IMG/VR virus record: IMGVR_UViG_3300021373_001106
Span: 1 to 58,833 of that record
Reading direction: 5' to 3' (one strand)
Length of the DNA stretch: 58,833 nt
DNA from: a virus
Taxonomy: Duplodnaviria > Caudoviricetes
In this document: positions 18,301 through 27,600 of the stretch, one piece after another
Position numbering within the stretch: position 1 is the first letter of the stretch
How the letters are laid out: each line of letters begins with the position of its first letter
Notes under the pieces: generated by a model
Told to the model about the DNA's origin: nothing
What the model saw: the letters and a program-made list of their open reading frames with translations, nothing else
Databases searched by the model: none
Position numbers and translations under genes: made by a program

Positions 18301-21300
18301 TAACTGATTGAGCAACAGTTCCCTCTACATTTGGTGACTTAGACAATTTATTAATTCTTTTTTTAAGAGACTCTGCTTTAGATGTTTGTTTAGTTGTTTT
18401 TTCTTCAACTACTTCTTGTTTAACCACTTCAGCAGTAGGAGTTTCTTCAATAGTAGTTTCACTCTCTAATTGTTCTGCTAACTTTCTAAAAGTTTCACTT
18501 CCATACTTGTTAAACTTAGGATTGTTTACCTCACTTAATGGTCCAGTTGGTATAAATGTTTTTCCTGTTTCAGGATTGAATGCACCTTTAATAAAATACC
18601 CATCTTTAGCAAAACCTGGAAGTGGAACCCATTTACCTTTAGAAGCCGCACCTGTTCCAGTTCCTTTAGACTTATACATTAAAAACTTTTCTCCATTACT
18701 TGCTGTAACTTCTAGTATTTGTCTTCCATCAACAATACCCAAGTCTCTAGTAACTTCAACAGTAGCTCCTTGGTCGTCTAATCTTTGACCTAAATCAATA
18801 ATATTTTGAACCTCTACTGGTATATTCGCTAAGTCTTTTCCAGATTCTACATTTTTAGTAAACTCTCCGAATACTTCTAAGTTATCATTTATATTGTCAT
18901 AAACCTTAACCTCCTCATCTATAGTAGTTTCGCTCTCTAATTGTTCTGATTTTTGAGTAGTTTCGTATACAGGTAAATCAATAATAATATTTTTCTTTGT
19001 TACTCTTGGTTTACTACCAGGAGGTGGAGGAGGAATTTTAGGTCCTTTTCTTTCAACTTCCTCGACTCTTACATTTATTTCAGGATTCGCTTCTTTAATT
19101 TTAATTATTTCGGCATCTATTTCTTTTTGATTACTTGATTCAAATGGATTATATGCTGCTGTTCCCTTTTCAGCAACAGACTCTTTTGTAGCACTACTGT
19201 ATTTAGTAGGGTTAGTTACAACGTTTCCATCACTATCTAATTTTGGTTTTAAAATTTTAGACTTTTCGTAAGCATTAATACCACCTAAAGATATGGATGT
19301 AGTTTCAATAACCTCACTTCCTGGAGGAAGTGTAGACTCAGCACTGGTAATCATATTTTTAAAAGCATCACCAGTAGACTCCATTTTTGCTGTAAATTTA
19401 TTAGTAGGCTTACCTCCTTCATAAACTCTTGTAAATCCAACAAAGTTAGTACTCGTGCCGCTACTACTTATTATTACATCTAATGTTCCTGTATTGGGAT
19501 TATTATACTTAGCTGTTTGAACACCTTTATTGTCAGGTGATGTTATATCATATATTTCAGCTTTTCCATAGGGTAGTTTTGAATCTGTATGAAAGTCTCC
19601 GAATATTTTAGGTTTTGAATCAATACGAGATTTTCGATTATCAGCTTCTTTTTCTATTACTTCTTCTTCCGTTTCGATAGAAGGCTCCCGTACTTCTTCT
19701 TCCACTTCTTGTACACTTTCGGCTGGTTCAGCATCAAGTATATCTCCTGTTTCTTGCTTTTGAATGGCATCTTTTTCGTTTTTAATAATATCCCTTACGT
19801 CTGCGTCATCTTTTTCTTTGATTTGTTCCAGTTGCTTGTTAATGGAAGCTATTCTATTGTCAATGTCACCTACTAGAGAAGGGTCTGTTTGTTCTTTTTC
19901 TTTTGTTAATTGTTCTTTTTTTGTTATTAAAGCAGCTGCTTCTAACATATTTTCAGTAATCTTAACAGCTCCTGAAGTTTTAGCTTCTGCATATTCCATT
20001 GCTTTAACTTCATTTATAGCTTTAGCAGCCTCGTCTTTAGTAAGAAGACCATCATTTACTAGCTCAGTACCTGCTTTTTCTAAGCCATCTGTGTTTTGTG
20101 CTAATTGTCTAACAACATCATTTCTTTGATTATTCGTAAGAAGTTTTTTAGAACCTATTCCAGTAGTTGCTCCTACAGTCAAGAGGGTGGTTTCATATAA
20201 ATCAGCTCTTTTTAAATCTTCAATACCAGACCTAGCGTCTACCCCAGCTGCATAGTTTATTACACTATTTATACCTTTTTCAGATAAAAGAACAGGTATT
20301 TCTTCTATAAATAATTCTTTTGCGTTTTCTTTAATTAAGTCTTTTGCTTTTGATTTAAGCTGTTCTTTTGAAAAATCTTTACCCTTTTTTTTGACTAAGT
20401 CAAGTAAGGCGTCTTTAACTACTTTTGTAGACCCTAATAGTTTCTCATTGCTTCCCGCTAAACCAGAAAAAAGCCCATCAAGAGTAGCTATGGCATTACC
20501 AAATATAACAGCTTTATCGTTAGCCTCTGTTTCACTTACACCTTGAGCCATAAGGTCATCTTTTACAGAAGCCATATTATCTGCAACAGTGCTTGCAAAA
20601 GAAGCTAGTCCCATTCCTAGTTTAGGATTAACCCCAAGAGCTTTTGAGACACCCTTCCCTGATTTTATTAATCCATAAAGATTTACTAAAGTACTACCTA
20701 TCCCAGACAAGCTAGACCCTAAGTCTACATTAGTAACATCATCTTCTATTAAAGCTGCTTTTCTTGCTATTTGTATAACATCACCTTCTGGAATAATATC
20801 ATCTACCCTTATGTTTGTTTCTGCATCATAAATAACTCCAGTGTCAGAAACAATATATTCTTTTCCGCCGTACATTACTTCTTTTCCTTGTGTAAAAGCA
20901 GACCTTTTGACCTGGCCTAAATCTAAATCCCAAGCTTGTCCAGCATCTAAAAACATTTCAGAAATCCCAGCCAATGCTCCTTTCTTGTCTGCGCCAGCCG
21001 ATGTTAGTAATGCATCAGCTTCTGAAAAAAGTGCAGCTGCCGTTCCCATTGAATATTGAACTGCAGCATTAGCCCCCGACTTTAATAAATCAAGACCTGT
21101 TGAAAGTCCTCTAGTTAAAAGACCCTTTTCTTGTCTCTCTAGTAGTTTACGTCTATCTTCTTTTTCGTCTAAAACAGCTTCTTTGTTATATGACTTTAAG
21201 TTATCTAAAAGAGTTTGAGAATCTTTTTTATTTTGTTCTATTAGAGACTTTCTTGAAAACTCATCTGACTCGTCTATTAATTCTAGATTTTTATTTAGTT

Positions 21301-21817
21301 TTTGAGCTAAATATGATGAAACTTGTTTTTGTATTTTCTCTTCATCTTCAAACTGTTCTCCTTCATCAGTTAATAATATGTTTTTAAAGAAGTCATAAGC
21401 CTTTGATTCTGGCCTTAAATTTTCTTCTTTCCAAATCTTAAACTCTTCAGGGTTTATTTGTAAGTCACTTAAAACTTTAGATTCTGTATCTACTGGGTCA
21501 GGTATTGTTTCAGGCTCTTCTAACTCAACTACCTCTTCTGAGGAGTCCAATAAAGTATCGGGTGTTTCCACTTCTGTAATAGACTCCGTAACTTCCTCCT
21601 GAACAGGTAAATCTGAATCTTTTTTTTTTACGTCACCCCAAGCAGACTTAAAAGTTTCCAAATCAGTTTGATTACTAATTACTTTAGAATCTACTCCTTG
21701 CTTATGTAAATTTTCTTTTATAGAATCATCTGCATTTAAAAACTGTTCAAAGGTTGTTTCACTACTAAGTAACCCTTGAGCTATATAACTTTCGTAAAGT
21801 GCTTTTAATTCTTCCAC
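15380..21817 (-). CDS. Giant internal virion/ejection (polyvalent-like) protein, 2145 aa
   Basis: Size, helical K/E/A-rich composition, position at the end of a podovirus-like structural operon, internal variable modules. Confidence 0.65.
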   Translation of the reverse strand: MEELKALYESYIAQGLLSSETTFEQFLNADDSIKENLHKQGVDSKVISNQTDLETFKSAWGDVKKKDSDLPVQEEVTESITEVETPDTLLDSSEEVVELEEPETIPDPVDTESKVLSDLQINPEEFKIWKEENLRPESKAYDFFKNILLTDEGEQFEDEEKIQKQVSSYLAQKLNKNLELIDESDEFSRKSLIEQNKKDSQTLLDNLKSYNKEAVLDEKEDRRKLLERQEKGLLTRGLSTGLDLLKSGANAAVQYSMGTAAALFSEADALLTSAGADKKGALAGISEMFLDAGQAWDLDLGQVKRSAFTQGKEVMYGGKEYIVSDTGVIYDAETNIRVDDIIPEGDVIQIARKAALIEDDVTNVDLGSSLSGIGSTLVNLYGLIKSGKGVSKALGVNPKLGMGLASFASTVADNMASVKDDLMAQGVSETEANDKAVIFGNAIATLDGLFSGLAGSNEKLLGSTKVVKDALLDLVKKKGKDFSKEQLKSKAKDLIKENAKELFIEEIPVLLSEKGINSVINYAAGVDARSGIEDLKRADLYETTLLTVGATTGIGSKKLLTNNQRNDVVRQLAQNTDGLEKAGTELVNDGLLTKDEAAKAINEVKAMEYAEAKTSGAVKITENMLEAAALITKKEQLTKEKEQTDPSLVGDIDNRIASINKQLEQIKEKDDADVRDIIKNEKDAIQKQETGDILDAEPAESVQEVEEEVREPSIETEEEVIEKEADNRKSRIDSKPKIFGDFHTDSKLPYGKAEIYDITSPDNKGVQTAKYNNPNTGTLDVIISSSGTSTNFVGFTRVYEGGKPTNKFTAKMESTGDAFKNMITSAESTLPPGSEVIETTSISLGGINAYEKSKILKPKLDSDGNVVTNPTKYSSATKESVAEKGTAAYNPFESSNQKEIDAEIIKIKEANPEINVRVEEVERKGPKIPPPPPGSKPRVTKKNIIIDLPVYETTQKSEQLESETTIDEEVKVYDNINDNLEVFGEFTKNVESGKDLANIPVEVQNIIDLGQRLDDQGATVEVTRDLGIVDGRQILEVTASNGEKFLMYKSKGTGTGAASKGKWVPLPGFAKDGYFIKGAFNPETGKTFIPTGPLSEVNNPKFNKYGSETFRKLAEQLESETTIEETPTAEVVKQEVVEEKTTKQTSKAESLKKRINKLSKSPNVEGTVAQSVKQFLRINPRTVSDIDAYISQAESMVEGLKKSRTFKGDVKIAESVDIKKVDEYSSKELKVQEQTLREQEAKAFEELTGLSSEELSLGEMREILNSVDDTKLTPEQIKLKAEKKADIIAKGIKKAFSTYSAVIKKQIKTGIDPFTGEQVKISANNQKIIQNFLNVDLDNLSPAEQLKALDALTNFATNQTTGGMNATISQDKGVKEAKGLVKKGLEAKSLKFLGSKGLSQGWIKYISSTPLAFEFMFKGQSKGLQFQKSSGFGEITNGASKADKEANQVFDNYFNKFYKKSKPNGQAFNTAENDIERGMFAFMRRTVDGTLEEQQQEFKRRKGLIEQSIDKLKETGETNDQNKAKVYEEVYNKILKESKNINDIDSKVDPLNKEAADWVTNEWASRRNELADISLNVYNRILGKDINYTPDSFTLVETPSSEQNIGDPIFEGTSEVIYDKETGVLKPKKPSFVLPENRIINLGFDSQNSRNLNAALTDIYTAEGIQQLKGFVNSDAYSKIIPNKSDRDLITERFKSYVDAKRGVSSIKSKNQKSLSILNKFSSLGVGRALGGPTQFIKQLVPLVNTMSNAGPVSTVKGLTLLTNPAVNKFLNNSGYGIANRGLQSLSSLESTNSKIENAAKSIFGKALNQLNKANQAYLQAFVANPDKVAARASWMSYYINSLKKQGINPSGIDWSNHKMNKEAGDFAEQQVGRQQNVTDIDLQGEIFSSKKPSVQIARKIFLPFANFLLNQKTRMYSDISTLSNKTSTSQDKTSAAKSIGGLAAETVAFNAIGLVLLQMLDFATLEDDDEEAKLKSLENRKKGRIGNIVKDVISPLPVTDVPTIEFANYVLRQFADEEPEEEIQLSTSRRTAQPKKKEPFQLFSEDRKSYVDNMGVLGINIKNAGVLYDLGRMAAKGEYQKEYMGEEGKVKKIDPKYKDAAKINFMAYFLYSIGLLPSETSSIVKGNIKDMQKQKKEIKLSTSR

Positions 21818-21821
21818 TTAT

Positions 21822-23255
21822 TTAAGGATTTATAGGATTTCCAAACGCATCAGTTGCTCCAATTGGCACAGACCTTTCTTCTTTTACTTTTTGAGTGGCT
21901 GGAGTGTCATATTTTATAACTCCGTTATCCTCGTAAAAGTCATACCCTTCTATATCCATTTTGTATTCATCAATTCTTTCTGGCTTCAACCCTTCTAGCT
22001 CGTTCATAAAGTTAGCAATTTGAGACTCACTTTTAATTGTAACTCCTTCTAGTTTTCCGTCTTTTAGTAAAAAGAAATCAGCATTAGGGAAACTTGCTAA
22101 TGCATTTGTATCGACTACTTTATCTTTAGATACAATTCTTGTGTTTGGATCATCCATTCCCTCTACTCTTCTTGTTATAATATCTACAAAAGGTTTACCA
22201 GCTTTTATGTTGGCCATCATTTGTTTAGAGGCTATTATATTAGGCAAGAATGTAGCTTTAAATCTAGCGTCATAAGCTTTTGCTTGGCCGGCTTCCTTCT
22301 TGTCTACAGCTCTTTCATAAGTTCTATCTAAGGAACCTATTATTTCTTTTCTTAATCCTTTTTTTGCGTCACTAATTACCTTGTCTAAATCAACAGCAAT
22401 TGGTTGTTGAGTCTCATTGTCAATTTTAACCTGTATTTCATTAGCAGCCGGAGTGCCTAGCACCAAAGTTTTTCCTCCTGGACCAGATAAATATTCTAAA
22501 GCATCTATACCATTTGCATCACTAATTGCAGCATTAACAATACCATCAAGAGAGTTATTAAACTCTTTCCCATCGTAATTAATTGTTTTAGTTCTTACGC
22601 CATCTTTTGTAATAGTTGTACTAAACTTACCCAAACTTAAATCTGCCTTATTAATAATGTCCATATTAAACTCCTTGTTGTAGAAGTTCATAACGCCTAA
22701 GTCATTAGCAACTGGCTGTGTGACTATTTGACCATTTACATTAGTAACAGATTCTAGCATCATAGAATCCATATTCCAATCAACAGTTTTATTTGCAAGG
22801 TCTCCTAGTGTGTTTTGTATATTAGCCATCAATAAAGAAACATTTCCAGTTCCTTCTTTTAATACGTTTTCACGTAGTTTATCGTAAGAAGATTGATAAT
22901 TGACTAAATTATTTTTTAATATCTGATATTGGCTAGTTAAGGCGTTTGTTGCTATTTTATATTGAGTAGCACTTATCTCACCGTTGTCATACTGGTCCTT
23001 TATTTTTTGATTGCCATCACCGACTTTTTGAATGATACCAGCATAATATTTTGTTTGGTCTGGAGTTGCTCCTTTAGGAAGTTTTTGTATTTCAGCACTA
23101 ACAGCCTGGTCTGTTGCTGCTACTGCTGCCTTTTGTTTTTCACCTGCAGCAAATGCCCCACCTAGAGCCGTGGTTAAGCCACCGCTAACTGCTCCCCAAT
23201 CAACGGTAGTCTTTTCAACATCTCTCTTTACGTAACCTAATCCTGGTGCTGCCAT
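21822..23255 (-). CDS. Putative internal virion protein
   Basis: 477 aa helical, N-terminal VDWGAV motif, next to other ejection-type genes. Confidence 0.55.
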   Translation of the reverse strand: MAAPGLGYVKRDVEKTTVDWGAVSGGLTTALGGAFAAGEKQKAAVAATDQAVSAEIQKLPKGATPDQTKYYAGIIQKVGDGNQKIKDQYDNGEISATQYKIATNALTSQYQILKNNLVNYQSSYDKLRENVLKEGTGNVSLLMANIQNTLGDLANKTVDWNMDSMMLESVTNVNGQIVTQPVANDLGVMNFYNKEFNMDIINKADLSLGKFSTTITKDGVRTKTINYDGKEFNNSLDGIVNAAISDANGIDALEYLSGPGGKTLVLGTPAANEIQVKIDNETQQPIAVDLDKVISDAKKGLRKEIIGSLDRTYERAVDKKEAGQAKAYDARFKATFLPNIIASKQMMANIKAGKPFVDIITRRVEGMDDPNTRIVSKDKVVDTNALASFPNADFFLLKDGKLEGVTIKSESQIANFMNELEGLKPERIDEYKMDIEGYDFYEDNGVIKYDTPATQKVKEERSVPIGATDAFGNPINP

Positions 23256-23923
23256 TATTGTTTCATAAATTTCTTGAACTGCATAGCAGATAAGCCGCTT
23301 GGAACATTATAATACTTACCAGAAGTGCCTTTTTTATACTCAGCATATCCTTCAGGTAAAAAACTGTTTGGATTTACACCAGCTTCTATCATAGCAGTAT
23401 AATCTCCAACAACTGAAGCGGGAGCTTGTAAAGCTTGTTGTGTTGTTTGAGTCATTCTTTCTTGTGCTTCGGCAGCTTGTTGCTGAAATCCTTGTGCTTG
23501 AGCTACGTCTAAAGCTTGTATCCTAGCTAACCTAGCTTGTTCACCTTCTGCAATATCTTTTTCTAAGTTTTGAATATCTTTTCTTTTCTGCATTTCTAAA
23601 GCTTGTCTTTGTTTTGCAGACTGTTGTGCTAGCCTACTTCCTTGAGCTGCAGCCAATCTTGGGTCTTCTCCCGCAGTGACGTCTAACACAGTAGATAAGT
23701 CTTGGCTTATTTGTTCACTAGCAGTATCATACAAACTAGTATCAATAGCTCTCATTCTTTGAGTGTTTACGTCTGCACTTTGATATGCTTTGTCTATATA
23801 TTTTTGAGCTTGATCTGTAGCGGTTTTCAAATCACTTTTAGCTCTAGATGCTTGACCTAGACTAAAAAGAGCACTTGCTCCTTTAGTGATTCCGCTTATA
23901 ATTAACATTGTAGCTGGATCCAT
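23255..23923 (-). CDS. Putative internal virion/ejection protein (ATG at 23923 more likely than track TTG at 23929)
   Basis: Hydrophobic MDPATMLIISG N-terminus followed by Q/A-rich coiled coil. Confidence 0.6.
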   Translation of the reverse strand: MDPATMLIISGITKGASALFSLGQASRAKSDLKTATDQAQKYIDKAYQSADVNTQRMRAIDTSLYDTASEQISQDLSTVLDVTAGEDPRLAAAQGSRLAQQSAKQRQALEMQKRKDIQNLEKDIAEGEQARLARIQALDVAQAQGFQQQAAEAQERMTQTTQQALQAPASVVGDYTAMIEAGVNPNSFLPEGYAEYKKGTSGKYYNVPSGLSAMQFKKFMKQ

Positions 23924-23926
23924 ATG

Positions 23927-23934
23927 CAAATATA
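23927..23934 (-). promoter_or_regulatory. Bacteroidota -7 promoter box TATATTTG
   Basis: Matches TAnnTTTG in a short intergenic gap. Confidence 0.55.
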
Positions 23935-23939
23935 CTAAA

Positions 23940-24692
23940 TTACGGGAAACTTTTCATTGATTCTGAGCCAACTGAGAATAATTCCACTTTAGAAGTTGAA
24001 GTATTAGTTAGTTCATACTCACAGTAATGTCCCATTACACCGTGAGATTCTGCTACTGTATTCTTAACGTATAGTATAAAATCACCATCACTAGGAGCAC
24101 TTGCGCCTGTAATAGTTGTGTCTATAGTAACAACTTGACCAGTTAATGCCGTTACTACACCACCTAAAGAAGGTGTTGACCCATAATAAACCATATCCCC
24201 TATGCTAATAATACTACCTATATTTACCGAACCAGCAAAAGTCAGTGTAGTTGCAGTAGGTGTGGTGGCGTCAACAGTAGCTACGTTTGCTATTCCGTTG
24301 GCGTATCTCATTAGTAAATTAATATCTGTTTCTAAAAACCTAACAAACGCAAAATAATTTCCTTCTTTCTTTTCAAAATAAGTATCTGCAATACTACCCA
24401 CTTGAGGCAAGTCAGTTGCTAAAGTAGCTGACCAAGGAGCATCTGATTCTAAAATAAGTGTTTTAAACAATTTATTTTCTAACGGGCCTTTGTTAAATAC
24501 ACTTTTAATAGTAGTGTTGTATTGAACACCATAAAAGTTGTTTCTTAGAGGGTTTGTGTTGTGTCTATACAATTGACCATTGTTAAATGTATATAAATAG
24601 TTGTTCATACCTTGAGTATACTCTGGTATAAATGAATAAAAGGAAGGCCATCCTTTTACTGCTGGGCTATATGATAAGGTTGCTTCTGCCAT
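23940..24692 (-). CDS. Structural (tail-associated) protein
   Basis: GWPSFYSF motif, beta-rich, follows the stabilisation protein. Confidence 0.55.
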   Translation of the reverse strand: MAEATLSYSPAVKGWPSFYSFIPEYTQGMNNYLYTFNNGQLYRHNTNPLRNNFYGVQYNTTIKSVFNKGPLENKLFKTLILESDAPWSATLATDLPQVGSIADTYFEKKEGNYFAFVRFLETDINLLMRYANGIANVATVDATTPTATTLTFAGSVNIGSIISIGDMVYYGSTPSLGGVVTALTGQVVTIDTTITGASAPSDGDFILYVKNTVAESHGVMGHYCEYELTNTSTSKVELFSVGSESMKSFP

Positions 24693-24695
24693 AAT

Positions 24696-27600
24696 TTAAA
24701 CTGTACATTCACTTACTTGAACAATTCTTCCGCTTTGTTGTCTTAACCAATACGTATCAATTACTGTTGGATTTGGATTAACATATAAATAATAACCATC
24801 AGCTGCAGGTACTGTCATAGCAGAGTTATTGTAAACGACTGTCGCTTCAGAAGGAACTGCTGCATCCAAGAAGTATGGACCTGACGTCCCTAAACCATCG
24901 CAAACCGTGCTTTCTGTTGACCCAAAAGATAAATTAACTTGAGTTGAGCTTCTGTAGTCGTATATTAAATACAAGTTAGTATAGTTAGTTGGGGTTGAAT
25001 CTGGGTTAGCATAATTAAACGACCCTTCAAACACACCGCTTGAAGTATTAGATATACTTAAATTAGTACTAGCAGCTAACAAAGAAATAATACCTGCTTG
25101 TGTATTTGCATAAGTAGTGTTGCTTAGTAAGTGTAATAATCTATTTCCGTTATAAATATTGAAGTCAAATGAATCAGAGCCTGTTTTAGCTGATTTAACT
25201 GTAACAACCGCCTCGGGGGTTGGTGTAGTTCCAATAGCTACTTGAGAAGTATATACTTGATACTGAGCGACTCTTTGTGTCCCAACACCTGATCCTGTTG
25301 GTACATTGGTAAAAGTCACAGGTTGGTTAATAAGTGGGCTAGATACAGAAGGAGTTAAATTACTAGAAGTCCATTCATATTGGTTGTGTATGGTTGGAGC
25401 TAACCCTGTAAATTCACTATTCAAGCATATTTGATATACATTAATAACATCTGCAGTTGGACATTGAGTGGTAATTGAATAATCTGCAGATACCCCCACT
25501 ATAGAAACTGTCACAACAGCAGTTTCAACAGAAGGAATGTTTTTATTAAACTGAAAGGTTCCGCTTCCTGTAACATTACCTGAACTAGTGGTAGCACCAT
25601 TATAAGTAACTGATATATCTATATTTCCACTGGTTACATTGTAATCAATATCCGTAGTTCCCATAGAAGCACCTAGCTTAACAGTATAAGTAAAGCTTTC
25701 GGTTTGGTTACTAAACTCTAGTTCTGACCCACAGTTTACAGTCTGAGGCTCTAACGGTAATGTTCTGTTGTTGCTACTTAAGACATACTCATTCATATAA
25801 GGATCGTATCCTCCTATTTTTTGAGTATTAAAATCATCAATAAATAAATCTCTAAAGTAGGACCTCATCCCAGCCTGAGATATAACCTCTAGTGATTCAT
25901 TAGAATAAGAGCTGCCGCTTAACTTAATTACTGCGCCACGCTTGGCATCCGTAAAATACTTGTCATATCCAAACTCAGCATAGCTTTCTGGATTATGGCT
26001 AATGCCATATTCTTCTAAACGAGATACTTGATTTCCTAATATACTAGGTGTTGATGTCACGTTAGATAAACCATCAGCTGAAGTAAGTACATTTTTATTA
26101 ACTAATACATAAGATATCTTGTCCTCTTGTAACACTAACAAATCATTCTGCCTTGCTTTAAGTAATTCTATATTACCAAAGTCTTCGTTTAAATCTTTAA
26201 AGTTGAGTATACCTAAATTAAATTCGTTAGTTCTATTTAGCTTAGTTTCATCGTTGTATATGCCACTATAAGTGATAGAAGCATTTCTTCGTTTTTGTCT
26301 AAACTCACCCTCAGATAAAGTAAATACTCTTTCACCAATGTTGAGAGCATCTTCTTTGAATGAGTCTTGAATCCTGCAACTCTCCATACCATTGCTCCAA
26401 CAATAAGAGTTAAAAAAGTTAGTAAGCACAATAGCATCTGCATTAACAGCCCCACCCTCTACAGGGGTAGAAGCTCCAAATGCTACATCTAATACTATGG
26501 TGTTAGCATCTGGTTTTTCTAATACTGTATGTTGACCATTGTATTGTGGGTTGGTTGGCGATAAATTAGTTTGTTGCACATTCACTATGTCACCAACAGA
26601 AAAGGGAGCGGTAGTTAACCCTGTACCTCCTGTACTAGTGAGTGCTAGGTTTCCACCATAAGACTGAGAAGCAGGTAACCCTTGTGAAGACCTGTAAGTA
26701 TTGTTTTGAGCATTGTCATAAAAAGACCAGTTGTTTTGGTTTTGTAAGTTGCCATCGTGTAAGTCACCATTGATATTAAATACTTCATTTCCTTCATAGT
26801 AAAATTCATCTGGCGTATCTTCGCCATCTGTTTCAAACACCACCAACCCATCAGGAATATTACTTAAAACAACTTTAGCACTTATTTTTGAAGTTCCATT
26901 ATTTCCCCATTGTACAATAGTTGGAAAAGAACTTTGAAACCCAATAGCGTTTCCTCCACTCACATTAAAACTTACAGAATGAATAGCGTTTGATGTTGTT
27001 ATTTCACCTTGAGTTGGAACATAAGGGGTAGCATCATTAACTACAAGTGTATTGTTTAATTGAAATTTATAGTTAATTCCTTTATTTCCAGAATAATTAA
27101 CGCTTGTGCTAGGAAAAAATTTTTGATCATTTACAAATTGACTATCAATCATATCTTCTAAATTCTCAGCAAAAGTAGGATATGTTTGATAATTCTTATT
27201 AGCGGTTCTAGTAATATCTAGCTTACTGTATTTAAAAAACATTTCACTTGTTCTTGAAAAAAAAGGCTCTGGTTGTTCCCTCTCGCAAGTTATTTTTATC
27301 GTAACGTTAGAGCCTTCTGGAATAGAAGTATCGGTAAATTTACCAGACAATCCACTAATAACAGTTTGAATTCCTCTTCCGAATGCAATAATATTTTTTT
27401 CTGAAGCTTGTGCTTTCTCTGTAGTAATAATATTACCTGCATCTAATCTATAATTACCACCAGGAGAAAACTTAGCATATACCCCAGGCCCTGGGTAAGT
27501 GGGAGATTGGTCATCTATGTTTGGAGATGTACTTTTAGCTAAACAAGTAGCTTCTACATAAGCACCTACAGGCCCGTTAATGTCTCTTTTTACAGTATAC

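Noticed and set aside
18507-23165. Plus-strand ORFs 18507, 19764, 20841, 21190 and 22962
   Set aside because: Antisense shadows of long structural genes with S/L/F-rich composition and no initiation signals
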